This document shows, piece after piece, positions 17,075-26,101 of a stretch of 64,000 nucleotides of DNA. The notes below the pieces were generated by a model. The model saw only the letters and a list, made by a program, of their open reading frames with translations. It made no database searches and was not told the DNA's origin. A program made the translations under genes and the position numbers. The stretch is from Gemmatimonadales bacterium (GTDB lineage: Bacteria; Gemmatimonadota; Gemmatimonadetes; Gemmatimonadales; GWC2-71-9): the NCBI GenBank assembly GCA_037189525.1, contig JBBCJC010000001.1:64001-128000 (forward strand). The letters run 5' to 3'. Positions within the stretch are counted from its first letter, which is position 1, and every line of letters begins with the position of its first letter.

Positions 17075-18415
17075 TCAGGTGAGGCGGGTCACACCATCGC
17101 GGGAAACGCGATGACTGATGAGCGGAAGTGGCGCCGCCGAATCGCCGATCGGGAGCGCTGCGCGAAGCGCCGCGAGCGATGCGGGCATCTGATCCTCGCG
17201 GCGTGCCAGGACGGTCGCCAGACGGGTACCGGGCTCGACCGGGTCGCCGGGTTTGACATAGATCCGGAATCCAACCGCCGGGTCGACCGCATCTTCGGTG
17301 CGCGACCGCCCGCCGCCTAACGCGACGATTGCGTGCCCGATGGAACGCGGATCGGCGGTGGCGACGACGCCCGGTCGGTCCGCAAGGAGATCGGCCACGA
17401 CGGGCGCTTGGGGCAGCCGGGCCGGATCGTCAATAACGCGCGGATCGCCACCCTGTGCTTCGATCAGGCGGGCAAGGCGTTCCAGGGCCGCCCCGCTCGC
17501 GACGACCGCCTCGACTTTGCGCCGGGCCTCGGCCGGATCCGTTTCGAGTGAAGACGCGAGCAGCATCTCCGCTCCCAGCGCGAAGGTGACCTCCATCAGG
17601 TCGGGCGGCCCGGCGCCGCGCAAACCGGCAATGGCCTCCTCCACCTCGATTGCGTTTCCGCAGGCAATGCCCAGCGGGCGGTCCATTGCGGTCAGGAGAC
17701 CGACCGTCCGGCACCCGCTCGCCTCGCCCAGCCGGATCATGGTCTCGGCCAGCACCAGCGATTGCTCCGGATCACGGATGAAAGCCCCGCTGCCGGTCTT
17801 GATGTCGAGCACCAGTCCGGTGAGCGATTCCGCGAGCTTCTTGGACATGATGCTGGCCGCGATCAGCGGAATCGACTCGACCGTACCGGTCACATCGCGG
17901 AGCGAATAGAGCTTCCGATCGGCGGGCACCAGTTCGGGGGTCTGGCCCACCATCACGGCGCCGATCTTCTCGAGTTGCAGCCGAGCCGCGCGAAGCGAGA
18001 GCCGGGTATCGAACCCCGGAATCGCCTCCAGCTTGTCGAGGGTGCCGCCGGTGTGGCCGAGTCCGCGCCCCGAGATCATGGGGACGGCCACGTCGAGCAC
18101 GGCAAGCATGGGCGCGAGCAACAGGGAGGTTTTGTCGCCCACGCCACCGATGGAATGTTTGTCGACGCGGGGGCGGCCCAGATCGGCGAGCTGGAACTGG
18201 TCGCCGGAGGTGCGCATGGCGGCGGTCAGGGCCACCAGTTCATCGGTGTCCAGGCCGCGGAACACGACGGCCATGGCCAGCGCCGCCATCTGATAATCAG
18301 GAATGTCTCCGGCGACGTACCCGCGGATCAGGGCTTGCCACTCGGCGGCCGAGAGGGCCTGGCCGTCGCGTTTCCGCTCGATCAGACGCGGCACGACGAT
18401 GGCGGGCGCACTCAC
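17075..18415 (-). CDS. pdp: Pyrimidine-nucleoside (thymidine) phosphorylase
   Basis: IERKRDG, DYQMAA, VDKHS.GGVGDK, SGRGLGHTGGTLDKLE, LRDVTGTV..IPLIAASIMSKK; start GTG 18415 or 18427. Confidence 0.95.
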   Translation of the reverse strand: MSAPAIVVPRLIERKRDGQALSAAEWQALIRGYVAGDIPDYQMAALAMAVVFRGLDTDELVALTAAMRTSGDQFQLADLGRPRVDKHSIGGVGDKTSLLLAPMLAVLDVAVPMISGRGLGHTGGTLDKLEAIPGFDTRLSLRAARLQLEKIGAVMVGQTPELVPADRKLYSLRDVTGTVESIPLIAASIMSKKLAESLTGLVLDIKTGSGAFIRDPEQSLVLAETMIRLGEASGCRTVGLLTAMDRPLGIACGNAIEVEEAIAGLRGAGPPDLMEVTFALGAEMLLASSLETDPAEARRKVEAVVASGAALERLARLIEAQGGDPRVIDDPARLPQAPVVADLLADRPGVVATADPRSIGHAIVALGGGRSRTEDAVDPAVGFRIYVKPGDPVEPGTRLATVLARREDQMPASLAALRAALPIGDSAAPLPLISHRVSRDGVTRLT

Positions 18416-18472
18416 GACAGAGTACACCTGGCGATACGGTGCGGCGCCTCGATCGGCCGCGACACGCGGTGA

Positions 18473-18760
18473 CTACCGGTGACGCCGGCGGCGGATTTCG
18501 GTCCGGACCCGATCGTCCAGTTCTTCCAATCGATCGCCGACCTGTTCCTTGGCCTGGCGGAGTCGGCGGCGCAGATGGCGCCGGGTTTCGCGACCCGAGC
18601 CGGGCGCTAAGAGCAAGGCGGCCATCCCGCCGAGCAGGGCGCCTACGAGCAGGCCCAGGCCAAAGCTGCCGGCGGAATGACGGGACGTGGCGGTCAGGCG
18701 CACGGGAGCTTCCTCCTCGACTTCGTCTTCGATCTCGATTTCACGGTCGTCGGTGCTCAT
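18473..18760 (-). CDS. YtxH domain-containing protein
   Basis: FGLGLLVGALLGG.AALLLAP.SG.ETRR signature. Confidence 0.88.
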   Translation of the reverse strand: MSTDDREIEIEDEVEEEAPVRLTATSRHSAGSFGLGLLVGALLGGMAALLLAPGSGRETRRHLRRRLRQAKEQVGDRLEELDDRVRTEIRRRRHR

Positions 18761-18766
18761 CTCTCG

Positions 18767-18795
18767 AAGCTACCCAACCGCGGGGCCCGGTACAA
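18767..18795 (-). promoter_or_regulatory. Putative promoter for a leaderless YtxH mRNA
   Basis: TTGTAC, 17 nt, TAGCTT, then 6 nt to ATG 18760; no SD. Confidence 0.55.
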
Positions 18796-18878
18796 CCGAC
18801 CGGCTCGCTTGACCGGCCCCGACCTGCGCGACCAATTTTCAACCTCTCCTCGGCACTCGTCTCCGACACTCGGCGCCC

Positions 18879-19661
18879 ATGATCTCGACCACCCGCATTC
18901 CTCCATCAGACGCCGACCAGTTGCGGGCCCGTGTCGAAGAACTCGAGGCCGATCGGCGCCGGCTGCTGATGGTGATCGAGTTGCTGCGGGAACTGGCCGG
19001 GTCGCTCGACTATCGCGATATCGTGCATGCGGTGGCCCGGCGGATCGGTTACGCGCTCGAACTCGACCGATGCTCGGTGTTCCTGACCGAAAAGGGCGGC
19101 ACCACGGTCCACCTGGTCGCCAGCTACGAAGACCCCGCGCTGCGGAGCCAGATCATCCAGCTCGGCCGGTACCCGGAAATTCGCCAGGCGCTCGACACGG
19201 CCGCCGTCGTCAACATCCCCGACGTGCTCCACGAGCCTTCGCTCGAAGCGGTCCAGGACCAGTTGGCCGCGCGGCGGGTCCAGTCGATCACGGTGATCCC
19301 GATTGCCTGGCGCCGGGTCGTGATCGGCGCCCTCTTTCTGCGCACCGACCGGACGCGGGCGCCCCTGTCGCATCCCGACATCCAGTGGGCCAAGCTGGTC
19401 GCCAGTGTGACGGCGCAGGCGCTCCGCACCGCCCACAAGTTCGAACGGCTTCAGGCGCGGCGGCGCGGCGGCGATGGCGCGGCTCTCGAGCGCGATCGCG
19501 AACGGGCGGCGCTGATCGCCTTCCTGGCCAAACTGCTGGCCGGCTACCAGACGGAAGACGAGGGCGCCGCCGACGAACTGGTGCCGCGCACCGGCCAGGC
19601 CGAACTCGATCGCCTGGTCGGCGTGGCGCTGACGGTGCTGCGCCACGAGCCGCGGGCATGA
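18879..19661 (+). CDS. Stand-alone GAF domain protein flanked by coiled-coil/helical segments
   Basis: ELAGSLDYRDIV..DRCSVFL..VNIPDV..SITVIPI..VIGALFL GAF pattern; no kinase or cyclase output domain; ATGA overlap with ligA. Confidence 0.8.
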   Translation: MISTTRIPPSDADQLRARVEELEADRRRLLMVIELLRELAGSLDYRDIVHAVARRIGYALELDRCSVFLTEKGGTTVHLVASYEDPALRSQIIQLGRYPEIRQALDTAAVVNIPDVLHEPSLEAVQDQLAARRVQSITVIPIAWRRVVIGALFLRTDRTRAPLSHPDIQWAKLVASVTAQALRTAHKFERLQARRRGGDGAALERDRERAALIAFLAKLLAGYQTEDEGAADELVPRTGQAELDRLVGVALTVLRHEPRA

Positions 19662-21676
19662 GTCTCGACGCCGCCCGGGCCCGCGCGGCGGAACTCCGCG
19701 CCGTCATCGATCGCGCCAATCATCAGTACTACATCGACGACGCGCCGGAACTCTCCGACGCCGAGTACGATCGCCTCTTTCGGGAACTGGAGGAGCTGGA
19801 GCAGGAACATCCCGAGCTGGCCGATCCCGACAGTCCGACCCGGCGGATCGGGGCCGACCCCGCCGCGTCGCTGCGCAAACATACCCACCGCCGTCCGATG
19901 CTCTCGCTCGCCAACGCATTCGACGAAGCCGAACTCGCCGCGTGGGAGTCGCGCAACGCGGCCATCAACGCGGATGTCCGGACCGGCGGGTACACGGCGG
20001 AGCTCAAGATCGACGGTGCCGCGGTCAATCTCACCTACGAACGCGGCGTCCTGCTGATCGGCGCGACTCGCGGTAACGGCATCGTCGGTGAAGATGTCAC
20101 GGCCAACCTGCGCACCATCCCCGACGTGCCGCTCATCCTCAAGGGAACCGGCCACCCCGACCTGATGGAGATTCGCGGCGAGGTCTACTTCTCCCTCGGC
20201 GCCTTCAAGAAACTCAACGCTCGGCGCGCAGCCGAGGGCGAGCCGCTCTTTGCCAATCCGCGCAACGCCGCGGCCGGGGGACTCCGCCAGCTCGACCCCA
20301 AGGTGACCCGCAGCCGGCGGCTCCGCATGTTTGCCTTCAACATCGAAGCCATCGAGGGCACTCTGCCTGCGGCCACCCAGGCCGAGCTCCTGGCGCGGCT
20401 CACCGAATGGGGCTTCCAGGTGGCACCGCACTATCGCCGCTTCGCATCGCTGACCGAGGTCCAGGCGGCCATACCGGAATACGAAGAGCTGCTTGGTACG
20501 CTGCCGTTTCAGTGCGACGGCGTGGTCATCAAGGTCGACCGCCGGGACCTGCAGGACGATCTCGGGATCGTCGGCGGCCGGGCGCCCCGCTGGGCCGTGG
20601 CGCGGAAGTTTGCTCCCGAAGTGGCGGTCACCCGGCTCCGGGAAATCCGGATCAACGTCGGCCGCACCGGGGCGCTCAATCCGTACGCCGTGCTCGAGCC
20701 GGTCGAGGTGGGCGGGGTGACGGTGTCCAACGCCACACTCCACAACGAAGACCTGATTGCGCAGAAGGACATCCGCGAGGGCGACTGGGTCGAGATCATG
20801 CGCGCCGGCGAGGTGATTCCCCAGGTGATCGGGCCATTGCGTGAACGGCGGACCGGCGATGAGCAACCCTGGATCATGCCCGACCGTTGCCCGGCGTGCG
20901 GCACCCCGGCCGAGCGGCTGCCCGACGAGGCGATGCGGTATTGTCCCAACCCGACGTGTCCGGGCCGAACCCTGGAAGGCATCGTTCACTACGCCTCCCG
21001 CGATGCGCTGGACATCCGAGGGCTCGGCTACGAACGGGTCCGGCAACTGCTCGATGCCGGTTTGATCCGCACCGTGGCCGATCTGTACCGGCTGACGGTC
21101 GAGCAGCTGATCGCGCTCGATCGATTTGCGCAGCAGTCGGCTACGCAACTGGTGGACGCCATTACCGCCTCGAAGGCACAGCCGCTCTCGCTCTTGCTCT
21201 TTGCGCTGGGCATCCGTCACGTCGGCAAGACCGCCGCCCAGCTGCTGGCCCGGCGCTTCGTGTCGCTTCCGGCGCTGGCCCAGGCCTCGGCGGAGGAGAT
21301 CGGGAGCATCGCGGGGATCGGACCGACCATCGCCGAGGCGGTGGTCGAGTTCTTCCGGAACGAGGCGAGTCAGCGCCTGATCGGAGAGCTCGAAGCGGCG
21401 CAGGTCAACCTGATCGAGCCCAACGCCACCCCCACCGGCGACGCCCTGGCCGGCAAGAGCTTCGTCCTGACGGGCACCCTGACCACCCTCTCACGGACCG
21501 ATGCGGCCGCGCTGATCGAAGCGCACGGCGGGCGAGTCACCAGCAGCGTCAGCAAGAAGACCGACGCCCTGGTCGCCGGCGAGGAGGCCGGCTCCAAGCT
21601 CGAGAAGGCCCGGGCGCTCGGCATCGAGGTCATCGACGAAGCCGAACTCTTGCGTCGAGTCGGGCGCAATACCTAG
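19658..21676 (+). CDS. ligA: NAD-dependent DNA ligase
   Basis: YY.DD.PE.SDAEYD, adenylation motif ELKIDG, NPRNAAAG, DGVVIK, zinc finger CPAC..C..C, HhH repeats, BRCT (GSKLEKA). Confidence 0.98.
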   Translation: MSLDAARARAAELRAVIDRANHQYYIDDAPELSDAEYDRLFRELEELEQEHPELADPDSPTRRIGADPAASLRKHTHRRPMLSLANAFDEAELAAWESRNAAINADVRTGGYTAELKIDGAAVNLTYERGVLLIGATRGNGIVGEDVTANLRTIPDVPLILKGTGHPDLMEIRGEVYFSLGAFKKLNARRAAEGEPLFANPRNAAAGGLRQLDPKVTRSRRLRMFAFNIEAIEGTLPAATQAELLARLTEWGFQVAPHYRRFASLTEVQAAIPEYEELLGTLPFQCDGVVIKVDRRDLQDDLGIVGGRAPRWAVARKFAPEVAVTRLREIRINVGRTGALNPYAVLEPVEVGGVTVSNATLHNEDLIAQKDIREGDWVEIMRAGEVIPQVIGPLRERRTGDEQPWIMPDRCPACGTPAERLPDEAMRYCPNPTCPGRTLEGIVHYASRDALDIRGLGYERVRQLLDAGLIRTVADLYRLTVEQLIALDRFAQQSATQLVDAITASKAQPLSLLLFALGIRHVGKTAAQLLARRFVSLPALAQASAEEIGSIAGIGPTIAEAVVEFFRNEASQRLIGELEAAQVNLIEPNATPTGDALAGKSFVLTGTLTTLSRTDAAALIEAHGGRVTSSVSKKTDALVAGEEAGSKLEKARALGIEVIDEAELLRRVGRNT

Positions 21677-21679
21677 CTT
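21650..21679 (+). promoter_or_regulatory. Putative promoter in the ligA 3' end for a leaderless V4R mRNA
   Basis: TTGCGT (21650-55), 18 nt, TAGCTT (21674-79, includes the ligA stop), then 6 nt to ATG 21686. Confidence 0.5.
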
Positions 21680-21685
21680 GGAACG

Positions 21686-22252
21686 ATGGCCACTACCCAT
21701 ATGCCGCCCCGTTTGAATCTCGGTCGGGCCACCCTCGACCAGGTCCGCAACGTCCTCGAGCGCGAGCTGCCGCAGCAGGCCGCCGGTTTGCTCAGGGAAA
21801 TCGGCTTTGCGGCCGGTGAAGCGTGCTTCGAAGGCTTCGTCGCCTCGGTTTCCGAGCGATACGGCGTCGAGACGCCGCAGGCGCTGGATGCCCGGTATCT
21901 CTCGGAAGCCGTAGGCGGTTATCTGCGGGAGGAGGGCTGGGGTACCGCGGCGCTCGAAACGCTCGCGCCAGGCCTGGTCGCGCTCGACAGCCCCGACTGG
22001 ATCGAAGCCGGCAGTCGCAACGCGGCAACGCCATCGTGCCATTTCAGCTCGGGGATGCTCTCGGATTTCTTTACGCGACTGGGCGGCTACCCGGCCGCCG
22101 TGATGGAAGTGGAATGCCGGAGCCGCGGCGATGCGCGCTGCCGGTTCCTGATCGGCAGTCCGGACGTGCTGACCTGGATCTATGAAGGCATGGTCGCCGG
22201 GACGGCGTATACCCAACTGGCCGACCAGCTCCGCACCGGCGCCAGAGACTGA
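21686..22252 (+). CDS. Stand-alone V4R domain protein
   Basis: GWG motif, CHFSSGML, EVECRSRGDARCRF (C/E/C/C metal site typical of V4R). Confidence 0.88.
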   Translation: MATTHMPPRLNLGRATLDQVRNVLERELPQQAAGLLREIGFAAGEACFEGFVASVSERYGVETPQALDARYLSEAVGGYLREEGWGTAALETLAPGLVALDSPDWIEAGSRNAATPSCHFSSGMLSDFFTRLGGYPAAVMEVECRSRGDARCRFLIGSPDVLTWIYEGMVAGTAYTQLADQLRTGARD

Positions 22253-22259
22253 CCACTGC

Positions 22260-23522
22260 TCAGCGTCGGAGCTCGACTCCGACGCCATCGACCAGCAGCG
22301 ACGGCAGCAGCGCGCTGCCGACCCATTCCGCCGTCGAACCCACCGTAACCACCCGACCCAACAGTTCGAACGCGTCACCGGTCAGCACCACCCCATCGAG
22401 CCGGCCGACGACGGCACCCTCCTCGATCCGGTAGATCCAGGGCGCTTCGGCCCGGAAGACACCGGTGACCGGATTCGGCGCGGTACCGAAACTCCAGTCC
22501 GCCAGGTACAAACCACTGCCAAGCTCCGCAGCAAGCTGATCGTTCGTCGCGGCGCCGGCTTCGAGGACGAGGTTCGAGAATCCGGCTCGCGGCGGTGCAA
22601 ACCCGCGGCGCCAGCCGTGGCCCGTGGCGGGACGTCCGGTCCGCGACGCCACGGTCAGGTCGAGAATGTTGTCCGAGGCGCGTCCCGCATCGATCAGAGT
22701 GATGGGCCTGGTGGGCACGCCGTCGTCGCAGATCGGCCGGCTGCCTGGTCTGCCGTCGATGAGAGGATCATCGATCAGCGTGAGCCGCCGATCGAGTTCG
22801 GGCCAACGACCCGTCCGGCGCTCGCCGATCAGGCGCGGCAGTAGCGGCGCCAGCAAGGCCCGCACGGCGCGGGGTCCAAACCAGACACGCTCGGTCCGCA
22901 CCACCGTCCCTTCGTCGAGCAACGGCGGTAGCAGTCGTCGCTCGACTTCGTCGACCAGGGCGGCCACGTCCTGCGATTCGAGCGGCGTGACCTGGCTCCG
23001 GTAGACCCGGCAGATCAGCCCATCCGGCGCCCTCGCTTCGACTCCCATGCCGACCAGGCTCACGTCATACGCCGCCTGCACCCCGCGGGTATTCCCGACT
23101 TCCACCGCCCCGGCCGACCGCTCGGCCCAGGTCTCGAGACGCCAGCCGTGCCGGCGGAGACGCTCGCGCAGCTGGCGGGCGTCTTCGAGCAACTCGCGCG
23201 GAGCGAGTGCGGCCGCTCCGGGAGAGCGCGTCATCACCGCCGGGAGCGGCGCGGGCGCGGGGAGGAACAGGGGCGCGGCAGCCGCGCATGATGCCGAAGC
23301 GAACGCGCGATCGACGATGTCCCGGACGGATCGGGTTGCCCCCGCGGCCCAGCCGATCCGTCCATGCTGCGCAACCCGGACGTGGACTGAATGGTTGCCG
23401 TCGGCCGTGATCGACGCGGCGCCGTCGGGGTCGAGCGACACGGTCAGCGTATCGTCGTCGACCAGCGTCACGTCGGCTTGCGCGCCCCGAGACGCGAGGT
23501 CGCCGAGTAGCCCGCCGATCAT
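22260..23522 (-). CDS. PmbA/TldE-like protein (divergent)
   Basis: LTLIDDP..GRPGSR..DDGVPT, TGHGWR, G.SNLVLEAG, NPVTGVF C-terminal TldD/PmbA fold; start ATG 23522 overlaps the stop of the TldD-like gene. Confidence 0.8.
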   Translation of the reverse strand: MIGGLLGDLASRGAQADVTLVDDDTLTVSLDPDGAASITADGNHSVHVRVAQHGRIGWAAGATRSVRDIVDRAFASASCAAAAPLFLPAPAPLPAVMTRSPGAAALAPRELLEDARQLRERLRRHGWRLETWAERSAGAVEVGNTRGVQAAYDVSLVGMGVEARAPDGLICRVYRSQVTPLESQDVAALVDEVERRLLPPLLDEGTVVRTERVWFGPRAVRALLAPLLPRLIGERRTGRWPELDRRLTLIDDPLIDGRPGSRPICDDGVPTRPITLIDAGRASDNILDLTVASRTGRPATGHGWRRGFAPPRAGFSNLVLEAGAATNDQLAAELGSGLYLADWSFGTAPNPVTGVFRAEAPWIYRIEEGAVVGRLDGVVLTGDAFELLGRVVTVGSTAEWVGSALLPSLLVDGVGVELRR

Positions 23523-24880
23523 GCGTGGAGTGGGGAAATCTCGAGATCGATGAACCGGGTGTGCGGCGCCCCGGTCGTGACGGGGCGGAGTGCGCCCCCT
23601 TCCTGCAGGGTGGCCGCGCTCGGATCCCAGCTGAAGTCGCCGGCCACCCGATCGAGCCGGCCGTACAAGCTGAGCAGATCGGAGGTAATCGGCGCACACT
23701 TGACCGGTTCCGCCAGCTGGCCACCGCGAATCATCCGCGCCACGGCCGGCGTTATGGTGACCTGGCGCCCTTCGACCGCGATACCCAGTACGTCGGCGAC
23801 ATAGACCCCGAGAGGAATTTCCTCGATCAGTTGCGCGGCGGTTCCCTGCGCACCGGCTACGTAGGTGTTGGCCGGGCGCGCGACGGGCACTGAACGGAGC
23901 GTCGGCGCGAGGCCGTGCCCGGTCGGCGCCACGCCGGCGCGGGCAGCCGTTTCCCGGGTGTGGAGGTGGCCGACGACGACCCCGTTGCACACCACCATCG
24001 CGTGGGTGACGGGCGTCCCTTCGTCGTCGAGCAACAGGCTGGTGCGCAACCCTGGCGCCGTGGGATCATCGCCGACCGACAGGCATTCCGGTCCGATCCG
24101 CTGCCCCAGCGGCAGCAGGTTCCGATCGACCCCGCGCGAGGGCGCCCGGCAGAGATTGGTGATCGTCTGCAGCGCCAGGGCGCCGCTGGCGCGGGCATCG
24201 AACACCACCGGATAGCGTGCCGATACGATCGGTTTGGCGTGGAGCCGCGCCACAGCCCGCTCGGCCACCTGGCGGAACATCGAGCGCCGCTCGCCGAAGG
24301 CGCCCCATCCGCCCGCCACGGCAATCGACTCGAGCGCGCGTTCCTGGCCGCCGTCTTCGCCCGCGACGGCCAGCGCACCGAGCGTGCTCTCGCTGCGCAG
24401 ATCGTGGAGCCAGGCGCCCTCGCTGGTCGCCAGCCAGGTTTCCATCACAGTATCGCCGTAGCTGGTTCGGGAGTCGACGATCCGGCGGTCGACCCCGTGC
24501 AGTTCAGCGGTCAGCCCGTCGAGCAGATCGCGCTTGTCGGGCAGCGCCGCGAGGCGGGGGTCATCGACCAGCGCATCGGCCCGTTCCACCTGGCGCGCAG
24601 CAATCGGGGCTAGGACGATCTCGCGATCGGGGCGGGTTTCGGTGGAGAGTTCGTAGGCGCGCTGGACCGCCGCCGGCGCTTGCTCCGCATCGGTGAAGGC
24701 CACCGCGCCCCAGCCGTGCCCCGGCGCCAGGCAGCGAACCACGCCGCCACTCGCGTGGTATTCGGTGGCCACCTCGAGACGGTGACGGCGAAAGACCACG
24801 GCGGTCGACCACCGCCGCCGCAACCGAATCTCGACGTACCCGGGCGCCGCTGCCAGCGCCCGGGCGAGCAACTCACGCAT
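23519..24880 (-). CDS. TldD-like protein lacking the catalytic HExxxH and Cys motifs
   Basis: YVEIRL, GWGAVAF, DDPT..G....DDEGTP, HTRETA, TGHG, NTYV, PVTTGAPH are all present. GALALQTITNL occupies the usual G.F.HE..GH position. Confidence 0.85.
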   Translation of the reverse strand: MRELLARALAAAPGYVEIRLRRRWSTAVVFRRHRLEVATEYHASGGVVRCLAPGHGWGAVAFTDAEQAPAAVQRAYELSTETRPDREIVLAPIAARQVERADALVDDPRLAALPDKRDLLDGLTAELHGVDRRIVDSRTSYGDTVMETWLATSEGAWLHDLRSESTLGALAVAGEDGGQERALESIAVAGGWGAFGERRSMFRQVAERAVARLHAKPIVSARYPVVFDARASGALALQTITNLCRAPSRGVDRNLLPLGQRIGPECLSVGDDPTAPGLRTSLLLDDEGTPVTHAMVVCNGVVVGHLHTRETAARAGVAPTGHGLAPTLRSVPVARPANTYVAGAQGTAAQLIEEIPLGVYVADVLGIAVEGRQVTITPAVARMIRGGQLAEPVKCAPITSDLLSLYGRLDRVAGDFSWDPSAATLQEGGALRPVTTGAPHTRFIDLEISPLHA

Positions 24881-25388
24881 TCGGTTCGGAGTCGAGCGGC
24901 CACTCGGGGCGGCGAACCAGTTCGCCGTTCCGGATCACTTCACTGTCCCAGGGGAGGATGATCACCTTCTCCGTTTCGAAGGAGAAAAAGTCGGGACGGA
25001 ACGAGCCCGTTTTGAACGACACCGCGGTGCGAATCTCCGCGGGACCGAGCGCCCGGACTTCGTTTAGAGCAAGCTTGAGGGTATGGCCGGTATCGCAGGT
25101 TTCGTCGACCAAAAGGACGCGACGGCCCCGGAGAATCGCAGGCGGACCGCTGACCAGCACCGGATCGCCGCCAGCGCGACGCCGGGTCACGGTCATCGAG
25201 CTGAATTCCCGTTCGAGCAGCGCCGATACCACGGCGCCGGGAATCACGCCGGCGGTCGCGATACCCAGGATGATTTCGGGATCGTATTCCCTGGCCACCT
25301 TGAGCGCCATGGCCCGGCACAACTCACCGAAGAGCGCCCAATCAATCTCGAGAAAGCCGCGGGCTGGGTCCAGCCGTGGACGAGGCAT
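24873..25388 (-). CDS. Type I phosphoribosyltransferase (Gpt/Hpt-like)
   Basis: LGIATAGVIPG, PRPP loop VLLVDETCDTGHT, ILPW; SD GGAGGAG; overlaps the tldD-like start. Confidence 0.88.
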   Translation of the reverse strand: MPRPRLDPARGFLEIDWALFGELCRAMALKVAREYDPEIILGIATAGVIPGAVVSALLEREFSSMTVTRRRAGGDPVLVSGPPAILRGRRVLLVDETCDTGHTLKLALNEVRALGPAEIRTAVSFKTGSFRPDFFSFETEKVIILPWDSEVIRNGELVRRPEWPLDSEPNA

Positions 25389-25534
25389 AGGAACTCCTCC
25401 GATTTCGGGTCAGCGGGTCGAACCACCCATTTCCAGCGCCTGCCCCCGGTTCGCCCAAGTATACGGCCTTGCCATGAGGTCCGAAAGTCAGCCGCAAGGT
25501 CGCGGGAATCTCCTTGATGCCACAACAACTTGTA

Positions 25535-25577
25535 TTGCACCGCTTGAAGAACTTTCTTATGTTGTAGCAGCGGTGCA
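25535..25577 (+). promoter_or_regulatory. Putative sigma70 promoter bracketed by a 9-bp inverted repeat
   Basis: TTGCAC (25535-40), 17 nt, TATGTT (25558-63); TGCACCGCT (25536-44) pairs with AGCGGTGCA (25569-77). Confidence 0.55.
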
Positions 25578-25651
25578 TCGCTCCGCATCAGTCTGCGCTG
25601 GATCTGTTTCGACCGCAGCGACTTGCGAGCCTAGAGGAGCAGCCACGGATC

Positions 25652-26101
25652 ATGAGCTTCTGGCAACGCATTTTCGGCAAACTGACCCCGGACCAATCCG
25701 GGCCTCAGCGTCTCGACTACCTGAATGAAGCGCTGGCGCTCGAGCGTCAGGGCGACTTCACCGCAGCCATTACCTCGTACCGGCTGGGTCTGCGTGAGCA
25801 TCCGGATGATCCCCGGATCCTCCAGAATATGGCCATTGCCTTTACCAAGACAGGCCAGCCCGACGAAGCCATCCGCCACTACCGGCGTGCCCTGGAACTG
25901 GACTCTTCGCTGACGGGCGCCCATTATGGACTGGCGTTCCTGCTGCTCAAGCGCGGGAACGAGAAGAAGGCGGCGGAGCATTTGCGCGCTTTCCTCAATC
26001 GCCCACCCCGTGGACCGGACGCCGACCGTTGGATTCAGCACGCCGAATCGACTCTGCGGGAACTCGAGCCCGTCGCCAGCGCCGCCTACGGCTCGGCCTG
26101 A
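25652..26101 (+). CDS. Tetratricopeptide repeat protein
   Basis: Three TPR-like units (GDFTAAITSYR; GQPDEAIRHYRRALELD; AHYGLAFLL); SD GAGGAG. Confidence 0.88.
   Translation: MSFWQRIFGKLTPDQSGPQRLDYLNEALALERQGDFTAAITSYRLGLREHPDDPRILQNMAIAFTKTGQPDEAIRHYRRALELDSSLTGAHYGLAFLLLKRGNEKKAAEHLRAFLNRPPRGPDADRWIQHAESTLRELEPVASAAYGSA

Noticed and set aside
18677..19657. N-terminal extensions of tracked ORFs (ligA from 18677, sbcC from 46814, padR from 39763, pmbA-like from 23990, dppC from 60661, dppD from 61695)
   Set aside because: The extensions overlap neighbouring genes in another frame and have no family similarity; true starts were assigned at coupled downstream codons.
25470..25500. ATGAGGTCCGAAAG resembling a hammerhead ribozyme core
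   Set aside because: No CUGAUGA and no complementary stem II or III.
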